A DNA stretch of 43,022 nt from a virus (Duplodnaviria > Caudoviricetes). The notes under the pieces were generated by a model, which saw only the letters and a program-made list of their open reading frames with translations, was not told the DNA's origin and searched no databases. The translations under genes and the position numbers were made by a program. Within the stretch, counting starts at the first letter, position 1; each line of letters starts with the position of its first letter. The DNA is taken from IMG/VR virus record IMGVR_UViG_3300006123_000021, positions 1 to 43,022 of that record; one strand, written 5' to 3'. Positions 8,786 to 18,244 of the stretch are shown here, one piece after another.

Positions 8786-10108
8786 ATGCCAATTCCACCA
8801 AATACAACTAATTCGAATGTAATACCAAAAGGTCTGAGTCAATCTACAGATTATAAATTTCAATGTCAAATCATAACAGGAAATGGAACTCTGACTGACA
8901 TTAGCGATCTTGTTTTACATTTTAATTTATATGAAAGTATCTTTAGTCCTTGTATGACAGGAACTATAATTGTCAGTGATTCTTTAGATATTATCACAAA
9001 TTTAACTCTTCATGGAAATGAGTGGGTTTATATATCATTAGATAAGCCATCATTAAATAGACCAATAAAAAAATACTTTAGAATTTATAAGGTTTCAAAT
9101 AGAGGCGCTGAGAGTCAATCTATTCAAAAATATATTATATCTTTTTGTTCTGAAGAATTAATTCTTTCAAGCCAATTTTATGTTAGAAAGACGTACAAAG
9201 GTCTATCTATTGATTCTATGGTTTCTGATATTTTACTTAACTTATTAAAAGTTCCTACCAGTAAAATTAATAATATTAGATCTACTTCTGGTTCTTATGA
9301 TTTAATGATTCCCAGAATGCGCCCATTAGAAGCAATTGTTTGGTTGGCATCTAGAGGTTATAATACCAACGAAAACACTTTCTTTTTTTATGAGAGTGCA
9401 GATGGATTTAATTTTACATCTTATGAGAATATGATAAGCCAAACGCCATATACAACTTTTTCTTGGCGACCAAACGTTGTTGGCGATCCTTCTCAAGACA
9501 TACAATCTTTAAGATATGCTAAGAATGATGTTGATTTTGATATTCTTAGAGGAAATAGATATGGTCAATTTGCATCATCTTTACTGACTTTTGATTTAGT
9601 TAACAGAACAAAAAAAGTTTATACTTCCAGTGGAGTGAACACTCCAGCTAAGAGTCTGTTGAATTCAAATCTACCAGCTAATTTAACAACAAATAGATTA
9701 AATATGACTTTATTCGACGCTACAGATTCTGTTGTTAAATTTGTTCCAATAACCGATTCTGATTCCACAACAAATAAATTTGTTCCTCAAAATTGGATGT
9801 TGCAAAATCAACTTAAATTGGCTCAGTTACAAACATTAAAAACCACAGTTGTAATTGCTTCAGATTTCCAAATAAGAGCTGGTATGACATTAAACTTGAT
9901 TCGTCCTAAAATGCAACCTCAAAACAAATCAGACAGCGAATATTTAGACACATTTAGAACGGCTAAATATTTGGTATCAGCAGTGAACCATGGTATTATT
10001 GGTGACATTTCATCAACAACTCTAGAATTATTATCTGATTCTTTTGCAGATAAAATACCAGGACCAGCAAGTAATGCTGGTGCATTACAACAAGTGAAAC
10101 AATCATGA
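8786..10108 (+). CDS. Baseplate hub protein (gp27-like)
   Basis: LYESIFSP.MTG.I...DS, L.G.E.V.I, IP.MRPLEAI.WL, FFFYES..GFNF.S, YLV.AV.H. Sits between gp53 and gp5. Confidence 0.75.
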   Translation: MPIPPNTTNSNVIPKGLSQSTDYKFQCQIITGNGTLTDISDLVLHFNLYESIFSPCMTGTIIVSDSLDIITNLTLHGNEWVYISLDKPSLNRPIKKYFRIYKVSNRGAESQSIQKYIISFCSEELILSSQFYVRKTYKGLSIDSMVSDILLNLLKVPTSKINNIRSTSGSYDLMIPRMRPLEAIVWLASRGYNTNENTFFFYESADGFNFTSYENMISQTPYTTFSWRPNVVGDPSQDIQSLRYAKNDVDFDILRGNRYGQFASSLLTFDLVNRTKKVYTSSGVNTPAKSLLNSNLPANLTTNRLNMTLFDATDSVVKFVPITDSDSTTNKFVPQNWMLQNQLKLAQLQTLKTTVVIASDFQIRAGMTLNLIRPKMQPQNKSDSEYLDTFRTAKYLVSAVNHGIIGDISSTTLELLSDSFADKIPGPASNAGALQQVKQS

Positions 10109-11292
10109 TAGAAAAAAATTATGCTGGTTTAGATAATTTCGTATGGTGGATTGGCGTTGTTGAAGATCGCCAAGATCCAATGCACCTTGGACGTTGCCGA
10201 GTTAGATTTTTTGGTTTCAACAATGAATCTTTAACTGAAAACCCAACTCAAAATTTACCTTGGGCACATCCAGCTCATTCTCTAAACGACCAAACATTTA
10301 GCACGCCAAAAGAATCTGATGTTGTGTTTGGATTTTTTGCTGACGGTCAAAGCAGACAATTTCCTATAATGTTAGGTGTGATTCCTGGATATTATACCAA
10401 TGCGAATAATCCAAAATCAGGATATAATGATGTTAGAAATGACGCGACTGTTTCAAATGCGCCTAGACCTCCAGCTTCTAGAAAATACAATACTGATGGG
10501 ACAGGAATTGTAATAACTGAAAATACTGATGTTTCAACTTTAAGATATCCAAGACCTAATCAAGTATCAAACACTTCTATAACAGGTCTTGCTTCAAATT
10601 TAAATGTTCCAGCAAATGATGTCGTAATAGATAAAGCTGTGAACAGAGATTTAAAAGTTCCAACTGCTGCTGGAATAACTTGGGACGAACCATACACACC
10701 ATTTAATCCAAACTATCCATACAATCAAGTTAAAGAAACAGAATCTGGACATGTGTTTGAAATGGACGATACTTTTGGACATGAACGTATTTCTATGATT
10801 CATCGTTCTGGAACGTTTATGGAAATGCATCCAGACGGTTCTAAGGTTCAAAAAGTAACCAACGCTAATTACGAAATTGTAATGGGTAGCGATTATGTTC
10901 ATATTATGGGACTATCCAATAAAACTGTAAACGGAGACCTCAATGTTTTAATTGGCGGTCAATGTAACGTGCAAATTTCTGGCAACACAACCATAACTGT
11001 GGCGAATGGCGATATCAATATGACTGCACCTCAAGGTAATGTTACCATAGCTGCAGGACAAACTTTAACTCTACACGGTAATGAAATTGACATTTCGGCA
11101 ATAACAAGTATCAACAAGTCAGCTGGTTCTACAGTTGGCGTTAATGCTCCAGGTGGAATGCATATGATAAATGGAGACATTACAACAGGAAATAATTTAA
11201 GCAGCGATAATGGTTTTAGTGGCACACTCACTTCCGTCACAGGAGCGCAATATCATTTTGTTAATGGAATTTGCGTTAATAAGAGCACATAA
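10105..11292 (+). CDS. gp5: Baseplate central spike gp5 (OB fold + beta-helix, no lysozyme domain)
   Basis: WWIGVVEDRQDP..LGRCRVR..G, LPWA.P, V.GFF.DG...Q.P..LG, YPYNQV.ETESGHVFE.DDT.G.ERI...HRSGTF.E.HPDG, then beta-helix repeats. Confidence 0.93.
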   Translation: MIEKNYAGLDNFVWWIGVVEDRQDPMHLGRCRVRFFGFNNESLTENPTQNLPWAHPAHSLNDQTFSTPKESDVVFGFFADGQSRQFPIMLGVIPGYYTNANNPKSGYNDVRNDATVSNAPRPPASRKYNTDGTGIVITENTDVSTLRYPRPNQVSNTSITGLASNLNVPANDVVIDKAVNRDLKVPTAAGITWDEPYTPFNPNYPYNQVKETESGHVFEMDDTFGHERISMIHRSGTFMEMHPDGSKVQKVTNANYEIVMGSDYVHIMGLSNKTVNGDLNVLIGGQCNVQISGNTTITVANGDINMTAPQGNVTIAAGQTLTLHGNEIDISAITSINKSAGSTVGVNAPGGMHMINGDITTGNNLSSDNGFSGTLTSVTGAQYHFVNGICVNKST

Positions 11293-11303
11293 GGAATTTA
11301 TAA

Positions 11304-11939
11304 ATGAGCGAGAATAATGGTTTACTTCCAGTAAATATTAAACATCTAAATGACATAGCGAACGGCTTAGACAATATGGCCAACTCGACTTGCGATGTCA
11401 TTCAAGCTGCAATTAATCGTCAGTTAAAAGGCGTAGAAGATCTTATTGCTGATATGATTAAAGAAATTACAGCTTTATCTCAATGGGCAGATTTAATAGA
11501 TTTTAATCCATTTTCATTTATTAAAAAGTTCATTAAAAAGGTTATCGGTCCACAATTAGATGCCGCTATTAAATATGCTGTACAATTGGCTTTACTTCTA
11601 AAAGCGGTAATAAACATCGCTCAAGCTGTTCAAAGATTAGCTAAAAAAATAATCGGCTGTACTGTTTCAGCCTTTAGTCGTCTAACAGCTGTTGTTGGTA
11701 AACTTACTTCGGCTTTAAAAGGCGCATTAGCAAACATTCTTAATATAAGAAATAAATTTAAGGCTGCAGTTGCTGCGGAAGTAAACGGTATTATAACTTT
11801 TGTAAATCAAGCTAAGGCTAATGCGATTGCAGAAGTAAACCAAGCGATCAAGCCAGATAATGGAGACGGCAAAGGACCAGTTGTAGTTAATACACCAAGT
11901 GTTCCATCTACTCCTGCCAATACGGTCGGACCAAGCTAA
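11304..11939 (+). CDS. Hypothetical amphipathic helical protein between gp5 and gp25
   Basis: 211-aa ORF with SD AAGGA; helical, Lys/Ala/Ile-rich; no recognised motif. Confidence 0.75.
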   Translation: MSENNGLLPVNIKHLNDIANGLDNMANSTCDVIQAAINRQLKGVEDLIADMIKEITALSQWADLIDFNPFSFIKKFIKKVIGPQLDAAIKYAVQLALLLKAVINIAQAVQRLAKKIIGCTVSAFSRLTAVVGKLTSALKGALANILNIRNKFKAAVAAEVNGIITFVNQAKANAIAEVNQAIKPDNGDGKGPVVVNTPSVPSTPANTVGPS

Positions 11940-11946
11940 ATAAATA
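11935..11946 (+). promoter_or_regulatory. Late-promoter-like motifs before gp25
   Basis: Overlapping GCTAAATA (11935-11942) and AATAAATA (11939-11946) just before the gp25 ATG. Confidence 0.6.
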
Positions 11947-11952
11947 TAAAAA

Positions 11953-12354
11953 ATGGCAAGATCAAATACATCAGCAATAGTTTATAGCGACTTTAACGTT
12001 AATTTTGACGTTAATCCAGTCACAGGCGACTTACTTAAAGTCACTGGAATAAACTCTGTTACACAATCTTTGATGAATTTGGTTCAAATAAATTATTATG
12101 AAAAACCATTTCATCCAGAAATTGGATCAAATATTAGAAACTTGCTGTTTGAACAAATGGATCAAATTACGTCAAATGCTTTATCTAAAGAGATTCAGAT
12201 TTTGATTGAGAACTTTGAGCCTAGAGTTTCCATTAATAATGTTATCGTCCAAGCGGACTATGATAATAATGGATATAATATTGAAATTGATTTTAATATT
12301 TTATCGGTAAATAATTCTTTTACAGTATCATCATTTCTTCAAAGGCTTCGTTAA
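11953..12354 (+). CDS. gp25: Baseplate wedge subunit gp25
   Basis: YSD....F..NPVTGD, SL.NLV....E.PF.P.IGS....LLFE, IENFEPRV, F L.RLR. Confidence 0.95.
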   Translation: MARSNTSAIVYSDFNVNFDVNPVTGDLLKVTGINSVTQSLMNLVQINYYEKPFHPEIGSNIRNLLFEQMDQITSNALSKEIQILIENFEPRVSINNVIVQADYDNNGYNIEIDFNILSVNNSFTVSSFLQRLR

Positions 12355-14415
12355 ATGGCTAACAACACTTCACAGATACAATTAACTGCACTAGATTTTG
12401 ATGCCATCAAACAGAACCTGATCACATATTTACAAAGCCAATCTCAATTCGCAGATTATAATTTCCAAGGTTCGGCTTTCAATATTCTTTTAGACATCCT
12501 TGCATATAATACAACATATAATGCATTCTATATGAACATGCTTGCGAATGAGATGTTCTTAGATACAGCAGTATTGAGATCATCAGTTGTATCACAAGCA
12601 AAATCTTTAGGATACACTTCAAAGTCATCAACAGCAGCACAAGCAATCGTTAATCTTACAGTAACAAAAGGAATAAACGATCAGACAACTATTCTGAATG
12701 TGCCAAGATTTACATCTTTTGTATCCTCAGCTTTAAATGGCGCATCATATACCTTCTACACAGTTGAAGATTCAGAATATGTTGCAAACACTGGAAACAC
12801 TTTTACCTTTAATTCTTTAGTCATTAAAGAAGGTGTTCCTACAACTAAATCTTTCTTATATTCTTCAACAGCTAATCCATCTCAATATTTTGATTTGGTT
12901 GACCAGAACATAGATCTTTCAACACTACAAGTTGTTGTTCAATCTTCTACAACCAATCCTTCATATACAGTATTCACTTTGGCTGAGGATGCAACAACTG
13001 TTACTGCGAACAGTAATGTATACTTTGTTGAAGAAGGTCCAAACGCCAATTATATAATTTATTTTGGAGATGGAATATTAAGTGCAAATCTTGTTGATCA
13101 AAATATTGTAACAGTAAGTTATTTGATCACCAACGCTGATAATGCTAATGATCTACAATCTTTTGGTTTACAAACAAGTATTTTAGATGGTTCTGTTTCT
13201 AGCGTAACCACTGCCACTCCATCTTTTGGCGGATCTCCTATTGAGAGCATTGACAGTATTAAAACAAATGCTCCTAAATCTTTTATTGCTCAAAACAGAA
13301 TTGTTACCAAAAACGATTACATTACAATTATTAATAAGAAATATCCTTACTTTGATTCAGTTACTGTTTGGGGTGGTGAGGAAGAAACTCCCCCAGTTTA
13401 CGGTCAAGTGTTCATTTCAGCTAAACCAAAAAATGGATATGTGACAACCACATCTCAAGTAGACTATTTAATTAATGAAATAATTAGACCATTTAGCGTG
13501 TTGACAGTTACTCCAAATTTCGTAAATCCAGACTACGACTATTTAAATTTCAATTTAAATGTGAACTATGATCCTTCGCAAACAATTCAATCGCAACAAA
13601 ATCTTATTTCCTCTATTATTAGTACTGTCTATAATTATGCAAATACTAATCTAAACACATTCAACTCGTCTTTCCAATATTCAAAATTCTTAACTGCGAT
13701 TGATGGCACTGATCAGTCAATTCAATCATCAACATCAACAGTTTACATCGAGAAAAGATTTAATCCAAGTTTAATAGAATCTGAAACATATACTATTAAA
13801 TTTGGAACTTCTCTACATCATGGAATTTCTAACGACAGATTATACTCAACAGGCTTTATTCAATTAGATTCAAGCGGTAACGAACAAGAATGTTACATTG
13901 AAGAAACTCCATTTGATTTCGGAAGTATTGAAAGCGTAACAATTAATTCTCCAGGTTATGCATATACAACAGCACCAACTATTATTATCGAAGGTGATGG
14001 TTTAGGCGCAAACGCATATCCTGTTATTGTTAATGGTCAAATTAATTCTGTCGTAGTTGATGTTGCAGGTAACAACTATACGACAGCAGCAATCACATTA
14101 TCTGGCGGTGGCGGCACAGGCGCATCATTAACTCCTAACTTAACTGGAGGAACTGGTGTGCTAAGAACATACTACTTTGACACCAATAATGTTAAACATA
14201 TTTTAAACCCAACAGCAGGAACAATTGATTACATTAATGGTATAGTTACGTTGAATAATTTTTATCCATTAAGTGTTATTGGAACTGATGGGGTTCTTTC
14301 TATATTTGCGCAACCAGATAATTATAGTTTCTCATCTAAAAATCAAATTATTTTAACATTAGATCAAACAAGCTTAACTGCAGTGTCAGTAATCTTAAAC
14401 GCAGTATCATCATAA
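12355..14415 (+). CDS. gp6: Baseplate wedge subunit gp6
   Basis: LDFD.IK.NL..YL..QS.F.DYNF.GS...ILLDILAYNT.YNAFY.NM..NE.FLD.A..RSSVVS.AK.LGY, YFGDG, ESI.SIK..AP...QNR.VT..DY, VWGGEE..PP.YG.VFIS.KP. Confidence 0.97.
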   Translation: MANNTSQIQLTALDFDAIKQNLITYLQSQSQFADYNFQGSAFNILLDILAYNTTYNAFYMNMLANEMFLDTAVLRSSVVSQAKSLGYTSKSSTAAQAIVNLTVTKGINDQTTILNVPRFTSFVSSALNGASYTFYTVEDSEYVANTGNTFTFNSLVIKEGVPTTKSFLYSSTANPSQYFDLVDQNIDLSTLQVVVQSSTTNPSYTVFTLAEDATTVTANSNVYFVEEGPNANYIIYFGDGILSANLVDQNIVTVSYLITNADNANDLQSFGLQTSILDGSVSSVTTATPSFGGSPIESIDSIKTNAPKSFIAQNRIVTKNDYITIINKKYPYFDSVTVWGGEEETPPVYGQVFISAKPKNGYVTTTSQVDYLINEIIRPFSVLTVTPNFVNPDYDYLNFNLNVNYDPSQTIQSQQNLISSIISTVYNYANTNLNTFNSSFQYSKFLTAIDGTDQSIQSSTSTVYIEKRFNPSLIESETYTIKFGTSLHHGISNDRLYSTGFIQLDSSGNEQECYIEETPFDFGSIESVTINSPGYAYTTAPTIIIEGDGLGANAYPVIVNGQINSVVVDVAGNNYTTAAITLSGGGGTGASLTPNLTGGTGVLRTYYFDTNNVKHILNPTAGTIDYINGIVTLNNFYPLSVIGTDGVLSIFAQPDNYSFSSKNQIILTLDQTSLTAVSVILNAVSS

Positions 14416-14416
14416 T

Positions 14417-17400
14417 ATGGCAAATACAACATTAACAACATCAGGATTATTGGAATCTCAATTTCCAGAATTCATTGTAGCCAATAATCCAAATTTTGTT
14501 GCTTTCGTCAAGGCATATTACCAGTGGTTAGAAAATTCAAATACTGGTGCTGTTCTTTATCAAACTAATAATTTATTGAGCTATAAAGACGTAGACGAAA
14601 CCACAGATCAATTTATTCAATATTTCATTAACGACTTTCTTCCATATTTTCCTCAAGACATTGCTGCTGATGAACGTAAACTTATTAAAGCTGCTAGAGA
14701 ATTTTATGCAACTAAAGGTAGCGAGAATTCTTTAAAGTTTCTATTCAGAGTTCTCTACAACGAAGATGCAGAAGTTTTCTATCCAAAGAATAACATATTA
14801 AAAGCTTCGGACGGTAAGTGGCAAGTTCCACAAGCAGTCAAATGTATTTTAGGAACTGGTGGATATCCAAGTGTTAATGTTGGTCCAAATTTTGACCCAA
14901 GTAATCTTGTTCAAAGACAAGGTGTTGGTTCGTTATCAAATACAACATGTACTATTGAATCTGCATACACAACAGTAGATTCTGAATTCGGATTTGAAGT
15001 TATTGAGATTTATCTTTCTAATATTAATGGTTCGTTCGTTGCTGAAGAAAATCTAATCGTAAACGGTGCATATGCCAACACTGAATCTTTCTCATTCCAA
15101 CAAAAAATTATTGGATCTCTTTCAAATATTGTAGTCAATCCAAACTATCAGGGTCTTAACTATAATGGACCAACTTACAATTTTGATGGAACTATCAACT
15201 ATCCTGGAGATCCTGTAGTTATCTTTGGCGGTTTAGCAAATACTCCGCAAGCAACTAAGGCTGTTGCATATGTTAATAATGTCAGCGTTGGATCAATTTA
15301 TTCTGTTGGTACAGAAAGCGGCGGTTGGGGATATAGAACATTCCCTAATACTGTTGTAACTGTCATTTCAGATACAGGTATTGGAGCAAACGTTGTTGTT
15401 CAATCGGTAGACTATATTAACGTTGCTGCTAACTCAATTATTGTTAATACAGATGCAATTGAATTTATTGCTAATTCAACAATTGAGTTCTACGCTAACA
15501 CATATACAATCAATGGAATCTCAACTTCTGGCACAACAACTCAAACTGTAAATTTAAATACAGCAACTTTCCAAGCAAATACGACCATTGATAATTTCTA
15601 TAGAAACTACTATCTTCAAGTTGTTTCTGGAACAGGACACTCAGCTTCTCCAAATATTGCAATTATTGAACAATATTTCTCATCAAATCAACTTGCTGTG
15701 TTGGGCGCACCATATTTGGGTGCAACTTTAGACTCTACAAGTAATGTTGTTCTATATGCAGATCAATATTATGGATTTGCTAATAACCAAATCTTCATTA
15801 ATGGATGCACTGGTGCAGGTAACAGCTTAAGCACTGTAAATCTTCATAGCACAACATTCACACCAAGCGCAGTTAATGGTTACTATAACAACTCCTTAAT
15901 TGAATTTGTGGCTGGAGCTGGAGCAGGTTCTGCAGGATTAATTACTGCATACAACGGTTCAACAGGTGTTGCTACATTTATACCACTTCCACAAACACCA
16001 ACATTAAGTGTGGCTCCAAACGCAACTACAAATGCTGTTGTGTTTTACGAAAACGCTAATGTGTCCTTAAGTAAGTCGTTCACATCAACCAATCTCCAAG
16101 TTGGTAAGATCACATCGATGAATGTGATCAATGGTGGATTTGGCTTTAAATCTAAACCAACTATCTCATTAGATTCTCAATTTGAATCTGATTTCTCTGT
16201 TGTTTATGCTGGATATAACGATCCAACAAATATTTCAGAACACGCTAACACAGTACAATCTATCAGAGACATTGGCCAAATCGCAAATGTTCAAATTATT
16301 TCAGCAGGAATAGGATACGATACAACTAAAGATGTTATTGTAATCAATAACTCCCTTGGCCATGGTGCAACATTCAGCTTCACTACTCATGCTAATGGAT
16401 CTATCGCAACAGTATCTGTAACAAATCCTGGCGAAGGATACACTTATCCAATCTCAACAACAACTCCAATTTATTTGGCTAACAGTGCAAATACTCAAAA
16501 CGCTGCAAGTGGAACTGGTGCACAATTAGTTGCTTATGGTTTTGATGAAGGCGCGAACTTTGACGTTTCTGTAACTAACATCGGTCAAATTTATGACTTT
16601 AGAATCGTAAGTCGCGGATTTGATTACAAGACAACACCAAATGTATCGTTAGCGATTATCGATCTACCAGTTCAACAAAATAATTCTAACGTTGTATTTG
16701 ACTATGCAACATTATATGAAGACGATTTCGTCTATCAAGGCGCTAACGTAAAGACTGCTACTTTCACTGCATTCTTTGACAAGTTTGGTTCTCAATATGC
16801 AGGTCTATTATCTAATTCTTCAATAAGACTTTACAACTATACTGGAACATTGTTGCCTAATGCAAATCTTGTATTTTCTAATGCTGCAATTAATGTTTCT
16901 CCAGTTCCAAATGGAACTTCTGTTCTTGCCACAGTTTATGGTAACGGTAGAGCAAGAGCAAACGCAATCTTCTTGAACGGATTAATTCAATATCCTGGAT
17001 ACTATTTAAATACCGATGGCCAATTGAGCGCAGATCAATATCTGCAAGCCAACACTGAATATCATAATTATTCTTACATCGTTCAGGTTAAAGAGGCTCT
17101 AGTTGACTACAAGAACACTCTATTGAATATTCTACATCCTTCTGGAATGCAAGTTCTTTCTTATATGAACATTTTAGATAATGAGTTTAACCAAATCGAT
17201 TTAACTGCAAACCTATCAACATTTAATATTCTAAATGGAACAGTTACATCTAACTCATATTGGTCAAATGCAGTTCTAGTTGGAACAAGCACACACTTTG
17301 CTGCGAATGCTAAAGTTGGCGACTTTGTCGTTATTGGTTCAGGATTAGGAAACAGAGAACAAGTCAAGATTATTGAAAGTATTACCGACAATACTCATTT

Positions 17401-18232
17401 GACTATGGAAAGCAATACAATGTTCTTGGGTCCAGGATATTTGGAAACTATTAACTACAGCGCATCAAACTATACGATTTCCGAGTTTAATACAACTGGA
17501 AATGCAAACACTGTAAACTTAAATACTGCAAACTTTATCGCTAACACAACGATCGACAATTATTACAATAATAGTATAATTGAGGTCACACATGGTAGCG
17601 GTTATATCTGCAACACCATTAATCTAACCACTGGTGCAGGTAATACTGTAAACCATGTAAATCTAAACACAGCGACATTCACAGCTAACACTACGAATGG
17701 GTACTATGATGGATATTTCTTAAAGGTTGTTGGTGGAACAGGTGCTTCGGCTTCTCCAAATACTGCAAACATCACAGCTTATTTTGGTGCAAACCAAATC
17801 GCTGTTCTAGATAGAAATTTAGGAGCAACTTTAGACGGTACAAGTAATGTTGTGATCTATGCTCCAAATACTGCAACAATCGTTGCTTACTATTCAGCAA
17901 ATCAAATCGCAGTACTAAATACCCAATTGAAGGCTCCAATAGATTCAACAAGCAATGTGATATTAACTATCCCATCAGTTTCTAACACGTTTGTAATTAT
18001 GCCACAAACAACAAATGTTTATGGTCAGATTTTAAATGGTGATGGTATCGCATTTGATCTGGGTGTCGCTAATACTAGATTCAATGCTAATGTAGTTTAT
18101 GTGAGCGAAAGCGGAAACGCTTTAACTGTGGATACTCCAGCTAACTTGTTAACAACTAATGTTGCTAACCAGTCATACTACATCTATCCGCAGTTTAATG
18201 GAACTTCATATACATTTATTAATAATCAATAA
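14417..18232 (+). CDS. gp7: Baseplate wedge initiator gp7-like, with inserted repeat domains
   Basis: N-terminal QFPEFI....FV.F.KAYY.W, FY.TKG.E.S.KFLFR.LY, P...ILKASDGKW; later G.Y...DG.LS...LQ....Y.NYSY...L.HPSG; located between gp6 and gp8. Confidence 0.85.
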   Translation: MANTTLTTSGLLESQFPEFIVANNPNFVAFVKAYYQWLENSNTGAVLYQTNNLLSYKDVDETTDQFIQYFINDFLPYFPQDIAADERKLIKAAREFYATKGSENSLKFLFRVLYNEDAEVFYPKNNILKASDGKWQVPQAVKCILGTGGYPSVNVGPNFDPSNLVQRQGVGSLSNTTCTIESAYTTVDSEFGFEVIEIYLSNINGSFVAEENLIVNGAYANTESFSFQQKIIGSLSNIVVNPNYQGLNYNGPTYNFDGTINYPGDPVVIFGGLANTPQATKAVAYVNNVSVGSIYSVGTESGGWGYRTFPNTVVTVISDTGIGANVVVQSVDYINVAANSIIVNTDAIEFIANSTIEFYANTYTINGISTSGTTTQTVNLNTATFQANTTIDNFYRNYYLQVVSGTGHSASPNIAIIEQYFSSNQLAVLGAPYLGATLDSTSNVVLYADQYYGFANNQIFINGCTGAGNSLSTVNLHSTTFTPSAVNGYYNNSLIEFVAGAGAGSAGLITAYNGSTGVATFIPLPQTPTLSVAPNATTNAVVFYENANVSLSKSFTSTNLQVGKITSMNVINGGFGFKSKPTISLDSQFESDFSVVYAGYNDPTNISEHANTVQSIRDIGQIANVQIISAGIGYDTTKDVIVINNSLGHGATFSFTTHANGSIATVSVTNPGEGYTYPISTTTPIYLANSANTQNAASGTGAQLVAYGFDEGANFDVSVTNIGQIYDFRIVSRGFDYKTTPNVSLAIIDLPVQQNNSNVVFDYATLYEDDFVYQGANVKTATFTAFFDKFGSQYAGLLSNSSIRLYNYTGTLLPNANLVFSNAAINVSPVPNGTSVLATVYGNGRARANAIFLNGLIQYPGYYLNTDGQLSADQYLQANTEYHNYSYIVQVKEALVDYKNTLLNILHPSGMQVLSYMNILDNEFNQIDLTANLSTFNILNGTVTSNSYWSNAVLVGTSTHFAANAKVGDFVVIGSGLGNREQVKIIESITDNTHLTMESNTMFLGPGYLETINYSASNYTISEFNTTGNANTVNLNTANFIANTTIDNYYNNSIIEVTHGSGYICNTINLTTGAGNTVNHVNLNTATFTANTTNGYYDGYFLKVVGGTGASASPNTANITAYFGANQIAVLDRNLGATLDGTSNVVIYAPNTATIVAYYSANQIAVLNTQLKAPIDSTSNVILTIPSVSNTFVIMPQTTNVYGQILNGDGIAFDLGVANTRFNANVVYVSESGNALTVDTPANLLTTNVANQSYYIYPQFNGTSYTFINNQ

Positions 18233-18244
18233 TCAAGGTTAAAC

